The translations under genes and the position numbers were made by a program. From the IMG/VR virus record IMGVR_UViG_3300031455_000002: a stretch of 64,000 nt of DNA; one strand, 5' to 3'. The notes under the pieces were generated by a model. The model was not told where the DNA came from. It ran no database searches and worked only from the letters and a program-made list of their open reading frames with translations. Of this stretch, positions 47,738 through 56,992 are shown in pieces; positions within the stretch are counted from its first letter, which is position 1; each line of letters starts with the position of its first letter. The DNA comes from an uncultured virus (IMG/VR IMGVR_UViG_3300031455_000002). Lineage: Duplodnaviria; Heunggongvirae; Uroviricota; Caudoviricetes.

Positions 47738-48016
47738 TCAGTGGTAATCTACGATTTCAACTTCATCGGCGTCGTGTCCGCTCCAAGTGAAACACAGGCG
47801 CCACTGCTTTGTGATGCGAAGCGAATACTGCCCTTTTCGGTCACCTATGAGTTTCTCCAGACGATTTCCTGGAAACAATGAGAGATCCTGAAGGGACGAG
47901 GCTGAATCAAGAAGCTTCAATTTTCGCTCTGAAACTTCTCGGATTTGCCGGAAACGAGCCACGTCGTGTCCTGACCAAAGTCGTTCCGTGCTACTACAAG
48001 CAAACGAGCGAATCAC
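47738..48016 (-). CDS. higB: HigB toxin
   Basis: VIRSFA...PGNRLEKLIGDRKGQYSLRITKQWRLCF.W...VEIVDYH. Confidence 0.93.
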   Translation of the reverse strand: MIRSFACSSTERLWSGHDVARFRQIREVSERKLKLLDSASSLQDLSLFPGNRLEKLIGDRKGQYSLRITKQWRLCFTWSGHDADEVEIVDYH

Positions 48017-48023
48017 CGTAGCT

Positions 48024-48060
48024 ATATTAGCCTGAATTACGAGTAACGTCAAGCGTAATT
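48024..48060 (-). promoter_or_regulatory. higBA promoter/operator
   Basis: TTGACG-N17-TAATAT, overlapped by the inverted repeat AATTACG-N12-CGTAATT. Confidence 0.7.
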
Positions 48061-48251
48061 TTTCCCCAGGAATCCCCGATGCTTCGCCGCCTGATCTGTT
48101 ACCTGCTCGGGCATCTGCTCTGGACACCGTTCGACACGGTGTGCGCGCGGTGCGGTCGAGTGGTTGTGCCATCGAGAATAGATCCAGAGGAAGACGTGGA
48201 CACGATCGTGGATTGCCCTCACCCACACCAAAGAGACGAAAAAGAGTGACG

Positions 48252-48602
48252 ATGTACAACCGAGAAGCAAGAAAACGGAAACAGAAACCAGAAGCCAGAG
48301 AGTGGCTCGAGAACAACGAAAACGAATATGCGTTTGCGTCGAACCATTTCGGGTCAACTGACGAAGCGTTAGTTTTCGTGGACAACTTGTACAGCGCCGG
48401 AGCCAAATACGTCGCTGTGTCGGATGTGTACGATGACGCGGGCCGCATCTCTGAAGAAGGAGGACCGTACTCTGCCACGTTGGAGGTAACGATCCCGAAC
48501 AACGCCGATGTGGCCCTGGTGGTCATGGTGGTAGTGGCCTCTGGTCACCCAGATGAGATTGACGTGATCAAGGATCTGACGGTCCGTCTCTGGTGGGACT
48601 AA
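48252..48602 (+). CDS. Hypothetical protein ending in WWD
   Basis: Basic leader, acidic body; coupled to the next gene. Confidence 0.6.
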   Translation: MYNREARKRKQKPEAREWLENNENEYAFASNHFGSTDEALVFVDNLYSAGAKYVAVSDVYDDAGRISEEGGPYSATLEVTIPNNADVALVVMVVVASGHPDEIDVIKDLTVRLWWD

Positions 48603-49027
48603 TGTCTGACTACACCTACCTGATCCCTCACAAGCTCGCCCAGGGGAGCGCACCGCCTCCAGGCGTCGCTCTACCCTTCGACACCATTGTGCTCGCGGCA
48701 CGTGAGTACCAACCTGATCTCCCAGGGTACGAAGTGATCCGGGTGCCACTCTCCGACGAAGGGCCTCCGCCGACCCCTGAAGAGCAGGAGCTGATCCGCA
48801 TCAACTCGAGCCGCATCGTCCGGCGTCTCCTGGCCGGCAGACGCGTCCTGGTGACCTGCTGGCGGGGACGCAACCGTTCTGGGGTCCTGGCGGGGCGCGC
48901 CCTCGTCGAGCTGGGAAACGAGCCTGGACGAGTGGTCGAGACGATCAGAAGACTTCGGAACGGCCTAACCAACCTCTACTTCGCTGATATGGTGTTGAAT
49001 CATGGCGCACAAAGACAGTCTGCCTGA
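48602..49027 (+). CDS. Dual-specificity protein phosphatase
   Basis: PLSD...VLVTCWRGRNRSG (CX5R). Confidence 0.85.
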   Translation: MSDYTYLIPHKLAQGSAPPPGVALPFDTIVLAAREYQPDLPGYEVIRVPLSDEGPPPTPEEQELIRINSSRIVRRLLAGRRVLVTCWRGRNRSGVLAGRALVELGNEPGRVVETIRRLRNGLTNLYFADMVLNHGAQRQSA

Positions 49028-49160
49028 GTGGTTTCCGTTCGCGCTCGTCGCGTCTGGTCTCGTCATGATCGCGGCGGGCGCCAAGTCAGGATGGAAACTC
49101 GGCGGGAAAAAGGAAGCTTCGACTCAGCCTCCGCCGGTCGATAGGGCGGCATTCCCATGA
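49002..49160 (+). CDS. Small single-TM protein (absent from the ORF track)
   Basis: WFPFALVASGLVMIAAG; ends RAAFP; stop overlaps the next ATG. Confidence 0.55.
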   Translation: MAHKDSLPEWFPFALVASGLVMIAAGAKSGWKLGGKKEASTQPPPVDRAAFP

Positions 49161-49972
49161 CCAAAGTAATCGGCAGAGGTAGATACGCGACAGAAACCTA
49201 TCCCAGTAAAAGTGGAGGTATCCCTGTCCCGACGACAAACACCAACAACTGGTGCTGGATCTATTCAGGCACCTCTGTCCCGCTGAGTGAGCAAACCGGC
49301 GCAGAAGATCGCCCGTTTTCTACTCTAGCAGCGGCGCTCGCTGCCGGATTCATCCAGTTCTACATCTCCGACTCCGCAGGAGACGTGACACTGACGGCTC
49401 TGTACTATCAATTTCAATCGGTCACAGGCCGCGCAGTGCTCCAGAACATCCAACTGACGGGCGCACAATCGGTGTTTCTGGAAGGTTGCATCGCACGTAA
49501 CTGGTCGTGGGCACCGGAGGCTACGCAGTTTGCAGGCGTGCACCTCACCGGAGGCCCGTACTCGCCTCCGTTTGCTCCAGCGTCGGCCGACGTCGTCGAC
49601 ATCGTACTTCCTGGCGCTCTGGTGACCATCGAAGGATGGGGGATCTCGGGAGACCTGGTGTGCGATCGCCTGGCGCTCGTAGGTAGCTCACTCAACGCCG
49701 CAGCGGTGGAGTACGATTCCGGCGCACAGTTCCTGAACTGCAACTTTCATTCGGAGGTCACCTGCGTAGGAAGTGCCCCCGGCCAGTGGGTGTCATGCGT
49801 ATGGCGGAACACGATGACGATCCAGGTTCCGCTCGGCTCAGTGGTGACGTCTGAAACGTTGGCGGCCATCACTTGGACCAATGCTTCTCCAATTGAGCTG
49901 GACGCCTACAGCGACGCCCGTATGACCGCAGCGAGCGCGACTTTTAGCGGGGGCTCTACTGTGATAGGGTAA
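49157..49972 (+). CDS. Fibre-family protein 11
   Basis: MTKVIGRGRYATETYP; TGAEDRPFSTL; beta-helix-like. Confidence 0.75.
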   Translation: MTKVIGRGRYATETYPSKSGGIPVPTTNTNNWCWIYSGTSVPLSEQTGAEDRPFSTLAAALAAGFIQFYISDSAGDVTLTALYYQFQSVTGRAVLQNIQLTGAQSVFLEGCIARNWSWAPEATQFAGVHLTGGPYSPPFAPASADVVDIVLPGALVTIEGWGISGDLVCDRLALVGSSLNAAAVEYDSGAQFLNCNFHSEVTCVGSAPGQWVSCVWRNTMTIQVPLGSVVTSETLAAITWTNASPIELDAYSDARMTAASATFSGGSTVIG

Positions 49973-49990
49973 CAAGACATACAAAGACCC

Positions 49991-50230
49991 ATGAAAGTTC
50001 GTCGCAACGGTCACGATCAAGTAGGGTTCGGCGACGAACAGATCACCCGTACGCCGCCCCCACTCGAGCTCCGCACGGCCTACACCGTGAAAGGTCTCGG
50101 TATCGGAGCCGGAGGTCTGATCGGTTTTTTGGCCTTCGGCCCGCTCGGGATGGTGCTCGCCGGGTGCGCTGGGTGGTACGTCGGCAACCGTATCGCGATC
50201 AAAGCTGAGAAGGACTACACCGGAGGGTGA
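49991..50230 (+). CDS. Small membrane protein
   Basis: QVGFGD motif; Gly-zipper TM segment. Confidence 0.6.
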   Translation: MKVRRNGHDQVGFGDEQITRTPPPLELRTAYTVKGLGIGAGGLIGFLAFGPLGMVLAGCAGWYVGNRIAIKAEKDYTGG

Positions 50231-50697
50231 CGAAATGGCTCCTGCTCGGCGTCGGCGGTGTCGCCGCCTGGGAGACGGCCTGGTGGGCCCGTAGGCGCCA
50301 CCTACGGTCCTCGCAGTACGGGTGCGCCAAACGTGAGGCGGTCCGCCTAGGGAAGCCCCTGGTGGTCGTAGGGGCCCCGGACGGAGGGGTGACTTCCGGG
50401 TACGGGTGCGGTGACGTGACCGTGGACGTCGCTGGCAGCATCTGCCCGAATACGATTCAGGCCGACATCACGAAGCCTCTCCCGTTCACGGATGACTCGG
50501 TCGTGGTCTTCGTGGCGTGCGTGCTCGAGTACGTGTCGAACTACGAAGCGGCGATGCGAGAACTCCGGCGTGTTGCTGGCAAGCACGTGTACGTTGTAAG
50601 GGTCGAGCCTTGGACGTTGGCCGGGTGGTTCTACCCGGGGGCTAAGCGTCGTCTTTCGGCGACCCAGGCGCCTGTGTGTGAGGCGGCGTTTCCATAG
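50227..50697 (+). CDS. Membrane-anchored methyltransferase-like protein
   Basis: LVVVGAP...QADITKPLPFTDDS...CVLEYV...AMRELRRV; ends EAAFP. Confidence 0.6.
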   Translation: MTKWLLLGVGGVAAWETAWWARRRHLRSSQYGCAKREAVRLGKPLVVVGAPDGGVTSGYGCGDVTVDVAGSICPNTIQADITKPLPFTDDSVVVFVACVLEYVSNYEAAMRELRRVAGKHVYVVRVEPWTLAGWFYPGAKRRLSATQAPVCEAAFP

Positions 50698-51016
50698 GGT
50701 GCTTGTGTTCGACGCACAAAGGTTCCCTTAGCACCGTGGTGTTGGGGCAATCCACTAGGTACTGTGCTCCGCTCGGGCTGGTGTACACCTTCACTGCTGC
50801 GCACAATTGCAACCGCTCATTGAGACCCGCCTCGACAAGCTCTTGAGAGAAAGCGTCAGTCTTGACCTTGTCATGTCGATCGAGCTGAGCACGAACCATC
50901 GCGCGCAAACGTGGAGAGTGACGCAGACCCAGGTTGACCATCTTCGAACCCAACATCATCGCCACCACGACTCCCAGAACGAAAGCTGCCAGCAACGCCA
51001 AAATCTTCTCTGCCAT
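50642..51016 (-). CDS. Single-TM hypothetical protein
   Basis: N-terminal TM helix; RBS. Confidence 0.55.
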   Translation of the reverse strand: MAEKILALLAAFVLGVVVAMMLGSKMVNLGLRHSPRLRAMVRAQLDRHDKVKTDAFSQELVEAGLNERLQLCAAVKVYTSPSGAQYLVDCPNTTVLREPLCVEHKHPMETPPHTQAPGSPKDDA

Positions 51017-51176
51017 GATCATTCCTTCCTTTGCTCCGGTGGAGACTTGGGTTTCTTGGGCGCCTCCTGCTGCCTACGCAGCTCGAGGCACCCGTCGCAG
51101 AACCGTTCGCTGGGCCTGATCGAGCGTAGGCGGTGGCAGCGGGGGCAGATGGTTTTCTCTTTCATCGCTTGCTACT

Positions 51177-51539
51177 CTATTGCTTGGGGTACTTTGGCGC
51201 AGGCCGATGCGGCTCTCCGATGCCACCTGGCTCATCGACCAGCGCCTCGTTCTTGACGCAGAACACACGCAATCCCAGCGTGAGGACTGGCACGCCACCG
51301 CGAGTGAAGCAGGACTGGGCGGAACTGTTGCGTTCGTCGAGCCACTTGTCGTTCTCTGCTTCGAACTTGGCGTAAACTTCTGTGCGCGTGTCGATGACCG
51401 TCGACCTGGATGAGGGATCGACCGCAGGGGCCGGAGCGGTCTGATCCGGGATCGTTACGATAAAGATCCCCACAGCCCATGCCAAAATCACTGCAACAAC
51501 AGCTAACACGGTAACTAACACACCATCGTAATTCTTCAT
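51177..51539 (-). CDS. Single-TM hypothetical protein
   Basis: N-terminal TM helix; coupled. Confidence 0.6.
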   Translation of the reverse strand: MKNYDGVLVTVLAVVAVILAWAVGIFIVTIPDQTAPAPAVDPSSRSTVIDTRTEVYAKFEAENDKWLDERNSSAQSCFTRGGVPVLTLGLRVFCVKNEALVDEPGGIGEPHRPAPKYPKQ

Positions 51540-51757
51540 CGACTCATCCTCTCATGCAGAAACCCCACCGGATCGACGAGCGCAGCGAATACCATTTTCA
51601 CCGCATCAGGACCATCGATCGACATGATCTGTTTCCTGAGTTCCGACCGTTCCTTCGTGTCTGCCAGGACAGCGTGCGCAGACTTGTACCACATCTTGAG
51701 ACGACGCTCACGTTTCGCCGCCGAGCGGGCCTTCCTGGTTCGCTTGGCGCGGCTCAT
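51536..51757 (-). CDS. Small basic protein
   Basis: ATGA coupling. Confidence 0.55.
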   Translation of the reverse strand: MSRAKRTRKARSAAKRERRLKMWYKSAHAVLADTKERSELRKQIMSIDGPDAVKMVFAALVDPVGFLHERMSR

Positions 51758-52146
51758 TTGGACGGAGCCAAGATGTAGAAGGCCCTAGCGAGATGCTTGT
51801 TCTTGTCGGACGGACAGTGAGGACAAGTGGTAGGCAAAGGAAAACCGACGCAAACACTGACGGCGCACCCACACCTACGACAGAACAACACCTCGACCCG
51901 GCTTGGTCCCGGAGAATCTAATAGCAATTCACGCTCTCGTTTCTCGAGTTGCAGGAGAACCTCTTCAACTGTGTCTCCAGTAACGTCCATCGCCAAGCGT
52001 CGGTTGACGTGAAAACCGTGCAGCGAAACACGGATACACTGCCCTTCTTCACGGGTCTGACGATCGACCCAGAGATGCGACGTCGCGTAGCGTTTGCTGA
52101 GAAGGTCGTACAGAGATTGCAGTTCTGGATCACCTGTCTTGGTCAT
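51754..52146 (-). CDS. Zn-ribbon protein
   Basis: CRRCG...CPHC. Confidence 0.55.
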   Translation of the reverse strand: MTKTGDPELQSLYDLLSKRYATSHLWVDRQTREEGQCIRVSLHGFHVNRRLAMDVTGDTVEEVLLQLEKRERELLLDSPGPSRVEVLFCRRCGCAVSVCVGFPLPTTCPHCPSDKNKHLARAFYILAPSK

Positions 52147-52454
52147 TCGTCGTTCCTCCGCCACTCTCCATCGATCCGTTGCCACGAAACGCTCTCACAG
52201 GCTCGAAGCACCGAGTGCGCGATCCACGGACCGTGAAAAACTCCTGGCACACTCGACGAAGAGATCCCTAACTCCACGACGAGGTGCGCGCGATTCTCCA
52301 CGTTCTCACCTAACATCTGTGGGTAGTCCGCGAGCGCGACGTCAGCGCACTCGGCGGCCACTTCATACGACGGCGCGATGACCAGGAAGTTCGTGTCCTC
52401 TCCGTCTGGGCCGTCCTTCGGATTGCCCCAGCGTGTGACCATGTAGGTGTTCAC
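52143..52454 (-). CDS. Hypothetical protein
   Basis: YMVTRWGN..DGPDGEDTNFLV; coupled. Confidence 0.6.
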   Translation of the reverse strand: MNTYMVTRWGNPKDGPDGEDTNFLVIAPSYEVAAECADVALADYPQMLGENVENRAHLVVELGISSSSVPGVFHGPWIAHSVLRACESVSWQRIDGEWRRNDE

Positions 52455-52660
52455 TTGATCTTCTCCCGCAGCGCCGTCAGCGCACGCATCACGACCGTCA
52501 TCTCGTCTTCGTCCCCGATGCTGACGGCCCGCTCAGTCTCTTCGTAGTCCCCGAAGATGACGTCCACAACGATCGTTCCCTCGATGTTGCGCACGGACTC
52601 GATCCGTACGTCGTTGAGTAGGACAGTTTCCGGTGAATATGCTCGGTCAGGCTCGGTCAT
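52451..52660 (-). CDS. Hypothetical protein
   Basis: Coupled. Confidence 0.55.
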   Translation of the reverse strand: MTEPDRAYSPETVLLNDVRIESVRNIEGTIVVDVIFGDYEETERAVSIGDEDEMTVVMRALTALREKIK

Positions 52661-52947
52661 TCGTCATCCAGCTCCGGCTCCAGAAAATTTCGCGTCACCG
52701 GGCAATTCGCCGCTCTCGCCCGCGACCGATGGAACTGCACGCCACAGCTCTTCGAGGTCGCCGCCTTGAGCGAACAAGGCATCCCGGGTACCGCGAGGCA
52801 CGTCTTGCACGAGTACGAGAGCAGGCGCACCACGTACTGCGCGAAGGTCTCGCGGTTCTTCTCGAGGCGCTTCTTCATCTCGAAGGAGGGCTCGAAGTCG
52901 ACGGCGCGGTCGACGCACTGGATGAAGACGGAGGGGGTGGGGGTCAT
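52657..52947 (-). CDS. Zn-finger protein
   Basis: CKTCLAVPGMPC...FHRSR. Confidence 0.6.
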   Translation of the reverse strand: MTPTPSVFIQCVDRAVDFEPSFEMKKRLEKNRETFAQYVVRLLSYSCKTCLAVPGMPCSLKAATSKSCGVQFHRSRARAANCPVTRNFLEPELDDE

Positions 52948-53297
52948 TTGCGCCGCCACCTTGGTTGACGCTGGAGCCAATGAACGAACTCCAGTTGCAT
53001 ATCAGCCTGATGGATCCCCTCACGTTTCATCTGAAGGTATACCGACTCAGGCATCACGATAGCCCTCACCGGAACCTTCAACCTTCTTGCTCGAAGAACA
53101 CGGTGATGTCCGTCTAGAACGTGGATCCTTCCCTTGTTGTCCTCGTATGTAAGAATGGCGTCCGTTGGATCTCCTCGATACGGGCCTGTATTTTGTCCTC
53201 TTTCCGTGAAGAAGATTTTGCTCGGATCAAGATCGAACAGATACGGGTTGTCAGGGCTCACCTGAACCTTAGCGGGAATAAATGGTCTTCTGATCAC
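52944..53297 (-). CDS. ParB/Srx-like domain protein
   Basis: IHVLDGHHRV. Confidence 0.7.
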   Translation of the reverse strand: MIRRPFIPAKVQVSPDNPYLFDLDPSKIFFTERGQNTGPYRGDPTDAILTYEDNKGRIHVLDGHHRVLRARRLKVPVRAIVMPESVYLQMKREGIHQADMQLEFVHWLQRQPRWRRK

Positions 53298-53496
53298 CTT
53301 GGGTTCTTTCTTGCGCGTCGCTGCATATGACGAATCGCTTCGCGAATCGTGTCGATGTCTCTGCTAGAGGCAACACAGAACAGAGCGGTCCTGGATCTTG
53401 ACCCGGCCCATCGACGACTACATCTTGCAGATCCACGTCCACTACGATGTCCTCGAACGGGAGAACCGTTCTGGAAAAAAGAGGCAGATCGGTCAT
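53269..53496 (-). CDS. Hypothetical protein
   Basis: Coupled to the recombinase stop. Confidence 0.45.
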   Translation of the reverse strand: MTDLPLFSRTVLPFEDIVVDVDLQDVVVDGPGQDPGPLCSVLPLAETSTRFAKRFVICSDAQERTQGDQKTIYSR

Positions 53497-54608
53497 GTGT
53501 TCAAGATCCTCATCTTGCGTACACGATCAAACAGCTCCTTGTGATCACGCTTGTCATACTTCGATGTCGTATCGGACGACTCGTGCCCCATGAGGACTTG
53601 GAGCTGTCGAATATCAAGACCGGCATCCAGCATCCGTGTGGCGAACGTTCTTCGGAAATCGTGTGGCCCAGTAACGACCTTGGCGCACGGGCATTTATCT
53701 CCGCATTCGCTGGTGCCCCCGAACGCAGTGTGTGCGACGTCTCGCACGAGCGCCCATAGCGCCCATCTCGAGAGACCTTTACTCGGGTACTTCGGCGAGC
53801 AGAAAACGTTTGGTTCCTTCGGGGTCAATCGAACACGTTCGACAAACCACACGTCGAGCGATGTCTGTACTTGATCCATGATCGGGATTTTCCGTTCCTT
53901 GTTCCCTTTACCGATGATGGTCACGGCGCCAGGCTCGAGTGCGATGAGAGGTAACCCTGCGATCTCGTCCCGTCGTGCCCCTGCCCCGATCGCAAGCGCC
54001 ATGATCGCGTCGAAGAGTTGCGGTTTGTACCCGCTGAGTCCACGTGATGCTTCGCGGAGGGCGCGTTCCTCCTGCGCAGTTATCGCTCGCCCGCGAGTCG
54101 ACCGTGACCCACGGATATTCTTCATCGCGTTGGAGTGAGAGAGCTCGTGTTGGGCAGGGGTGATCAACCCGAGGCCATACATCGTTCGAATGAGTCCCCG
54201 CAGGTGGGAGAGCGTCAGGTTCGCGGTGCCCGGGGCAATCACCCCTGCGCTCGACATCTCGGAAAGACCTGTGCGCACCAGGGTCACCTCCCGGAAACCC
54301 CACGTGGGCCACGGAACGATCCCCAGATCCGAGCTGCGGCCTCCCGTGACCAGACGGACGATGCGACGTAAGGCGTCGGCAGCCGTCTCCCTGCTTCGTT
54401 TGGAGGTTTGACCTACCAGGTACGCCTTCACGGCCTCTACGCCTGCGACGTAGGGGTCACTCGTCGAAATGGGCGGCAGCGGCGCCAGACGCCCGTCTCC
54501 GCTCGAAGTAGGCACCAGCTCAACCTCCGGCGCACAGACGACGATCGCCTCTCCTGGAGGTGCCTGGGTGCCGTCGTTGCCATCGCCTTTGCCTACATCA
54601 CCCGACAT
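53493..54608 (-). CDS. Tyrosine recombinase/integrase
   Basis: GARRDE, GKGNKER, HDFRR, LMGH and TSKYD catalytic residues. Confidence 0.93.
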   Translation of the reverse strand: MSGDVGKGDGNDGTQAPPGEAIVVCAPEVELVPTSSGDGRLAPLPPISTSDPYVAGVEAVKAYLVGQTSKRSRETAADALRRIVRLVTGGRSSDLGIVPWPTWGFREVTLVRTGLSEMSSAGVIAPGTANLTLSHLRGLIRTMYGLGLITPAQHELSHSNAMKNIRGSRSTRGRAITAQEERALREASRGLSGYKPQLFDAIMALAIGAGARRDEIAGLPLIALEPGAVTIIGKGNKERKIPIMDQVQTSLDVWFVERVRLTPKEPNVFCSPKYPSKGLSRWALWALVRDVAHTAFGGTSECGDKCPCAKVVTGPHDFRRTFATRMLDAGLDIRQLQVLMGHESSDTTSKYDKRDHKELFDRVRKMRILNT

Positions 54609-54849
54609 ATTAGCCTAGATCGAATCTTACTAATCTAAGGTGGCACCGGCAAGACTATTCGAGCCGCCCCGCGCACGTGTGATCGCCGCCTCCATCACAC
54701 CCGAAACGTTTCGACCCCCCAGGCTCCACCGACGGCTTTTCTTCGGCGCCACCGACGGTATGTGCGCGGCTCTCGTGCTGGCTCTTTACCGGAGGTCCCT
54801 CGAGCGCCCTCAGAGACTCCAGAAGGCCCTGGTTCTGGTAATCTGCCCC

Positions 54850-56301
54850 ATGCCCACCAAAATCATCCTCGCGTGGTCGATCGACACGGCCGGAACCACT
54901 CTCAGTCCCACCCAGGCGATCACTGTGCTCGAGGGCGTCGATCTCTACGAGGACGAAGACAACGATGCCGTGCTCGGACAGCTCTTCGGTCTCAGCGTCG
55001 AGGACGACGACACACAAGCCGTCGGCCCCATCGTGACGCGCACGCTCACATTGAACATGTTCAAGGACACGGACTCGGAGTCAGCGCCTCCACCGTTCCC
55101 GTGTCACCCGCGGACCGACAACGAGCTCCCGTTTCAGCTCCGTCAGTCGGAACTACTCTCCGGAGTGTTCGTTCCGGTCACCGGAAGCGTCACCGTGGCG
55201 ACGTCTCAACAGCAGGTGTCGACGCTCTCGATCGGCGACGAGATCCGGTTCGCATCACAGTCCGGGGTCCTCTACACAGTGGCCGGAGTCTCAGCGACTG
55301 CGGTCACGCTTGGTGTCGCTTTCACCGGCAAGACCGGCAACACGAGCGCCACCAAGGAAGCCCTCGCGCCTGTCGCACTGGATCGAGCCGCTGTGTACTC
55401 GACGTCGGATCTCGATACGGACGGCGTGGCAACAGTCCCCGCGATCGCATCAGGAAGCGGCGCACGTACCGTCGTGGTGCACTACCTTGATTCAACCGGA
55501 GCCGGACCCTTCGAAGCCGAAGCAGATCTTACCGGGAAACGTCCCGTGCTTCTGGTACCCGACGGCCCCGCAGGTGAGGACATCGCCACGATCGTCGCTT
55601 TCTTCGTGGAGGACGTCGGCGACTTCGAAAACAGCGTCGGCCAGATCACGTTCGCCGAGCTCTCCGGTCCACTCCCCGACATCCGCCCCGACGCGACCCC
55701 CGAGCAGTTCTATGGCCCCGTCACCGACGAGGCGCAACTCCTCATTGGACGACACCTGGCGTACCTGCCGCCAAGCTTCTTCGCGCTGGCGCAGCCCGGG
55801 GCAGCAGCGACGCAGCTCGAGGGAGACTTCGTCGTCACGACCGGATCGGTCGGTGTCCCCACGACGGAAGATCAATCGGCTGTGCTTTCGCCTGGGGACG
55901 AGATCGAGTTCGTTGCTCAGAAGGGTACCCGGTACGAGGTATCCACAGTGACCGCGAAGAGCGTGTTCCTGACAGAAGCATACTCCGGGATCGACGACAA
56001 CTTCACCGGCGAGAACAACCAAGCGAACGTCGGTACGAAGGGCAACCTCGGAACGGCCGTCACTGCAAAGCTCACCGGAGCGTCGCTTGTGCCGGCTCCT
56101 GCTGCGCCCCCCACGAACGCGCAGCTTGCTGCGTTGCTCGCGGAATACTCGCTACCCATGACGGCGGTTCCTCCGCCGTTCCCGCCGCTATCGCCGATGA
56201 CGATCCCGACCCCCACGTTCCTGAGCGGGCTCTACGCTCGAACGATTCAGTTGAAGCTGGCGGGGGTGCCGGTGGTGTCGGAAGAGATTACGTTCGCCTG
56301 A
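54850..56301 (+). CDS. Large beta-rich, probably virion, protein
   Basis: Duplicated GSV.V.T...LS.GDEI.F..Q.G..Y.V module. Confidence 0.65.
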   Translation: MPTKIILAWSIDTAGTTLSPTQAITVLEGVDLYEDEDNDAVLGQLFGLSVEDDDTQAVGPIVTRTLTLNMFKDTDSESAPPPFPCHPRTDNELPFQLRQSELLSGVFVPVTGSVTVATSQQQVSTLSIGDEIRFASQSGVLYTVAGVSATAVTLGVAFTGKTGNTSATKEALAPVALDRAAVYSTSDLDTDGVATVPAIASGSGARTVVVHYLDSTGAGPFEAEADLTGKRPVLLVPDGPAGEDIATIVAFFVEDVGDFENSVGQITFAELSGPLPDIRPDATPEQFYGPVTDEAQLLIGRHLAYLPPSFFALAQPGAAATQLEGDFVVTTGSVGVPTTEDQSAVLSPGDEIEFVAQKGTRYEVSTVTAKSVFLTEAYSGIDDNFTGENNQANVGTKGNLGTAVTAKLTGASLVPAPAAPPTNAQLAALLAEYSLPMTAVPPPFPPLSPMTIPTPTFLSGLYARTIQLKLAGVPVVSEEITFA

Positions 56302-56360
56302 GAGAAGAGTGAGGCGATTCGCCTCAGCCGCCCTCGAGTACCCCGAGCTAGGATCTGGAG

Positions 56361-56543
56361 ATGACCATTCCGTTTATCCCCATCATCGTCACGCTCGTGA
56401 TCTCTGGCCTTATCCTTTGGGCAATCACGCAGTTCCCGCTCGACGCCACGATCGTCAAACTGATCCGCGTCGTAGTGATCGTCGTCGCAGTGCTCTACGT
56501 GCTCAACGCGCTCTTCGGTGGGCGCATGATCACGTGGGGATGA
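56361..56543 (+). CDS. Small two-TM membrane protein
   Basis: LVISGLILWAITQFPLDATIVKLIRVVVIVV. Confidence 0.7.
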   Translation: MTIPFIPIIVTLVISGLILWAITQFPLDATIVKLIRVVVIVVAVLYVLNALFGGRMITWG

Positions 56544-56627
56544 AAGAGAAACGGCCCGGGATCACCGAGCCGTTTCTGGGGGCGAGGACATCACCTCTAC
56601 CCTCCACCATCCCGCGCGAGGCGGGAG

Positions 56628-56992
56628 TGGAGCCGCCGGGTATCGAACCCGGGTCCGCGAGACTTCCGGACAATCTTCGTTCACGTGCGTAGCCGGCTCA
56701 TCCTGTCCAATACCAGGGAGCACCACCGGCAGCGCCCTTCTGGTTTCCTCGGGATCTCGCCCGAGCAGAGCCTTCTTCATGTCGGTACCGGGTGGTTGGC
56801 GATCCCCGTAACCCTAGCTCGTGTCTTGGTTGGCGTCGGGAGGGCTTACTCGAGCTCCTTGCCCACCGACGGATCAGGCCGCTAGAGCCTGGTCGATTGC
56901 GTTGTCGTTCGCAGATGCACGACCCGTTGGAGGGACGGGCGCCCTAGCACGCAGACTGTCCTTTCGTTCCCACGTCGAAGCCATTCGGCCCC
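56628..56992 (-). ncRNA. ssrA: tmRNA
   Basis: 5' GGGGCCGAATGGCTTCGAC; 3' CCCGGGTTCGATACCCGGCGGCTCCA with a G3-U acceptor pair; tag ORF ANDNAIDQALAA* at 56912-56874. Confidence 0.95.

Noticed and set aside
48017..48526. 262-aa extended HigB
   Set aside because: HigB homology starts at GTG 48016 right after its promoter, and the extension is antisense to a real gene.
53493..54608. Prophage boundary at the recombinase
   Set aside because: Viral-type genes continue on both sides and no att repeat or host genes are visible. The enzyme may be a resolvase.
56628..56660. tRNA gene or attP-like tRNA fragment
   Set aside because: The T-arm and acceptor stem pair with a 5' end 365 nt away and enclose a tag ORF, so it is a tmRNA. 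No duplicate att core was seen.
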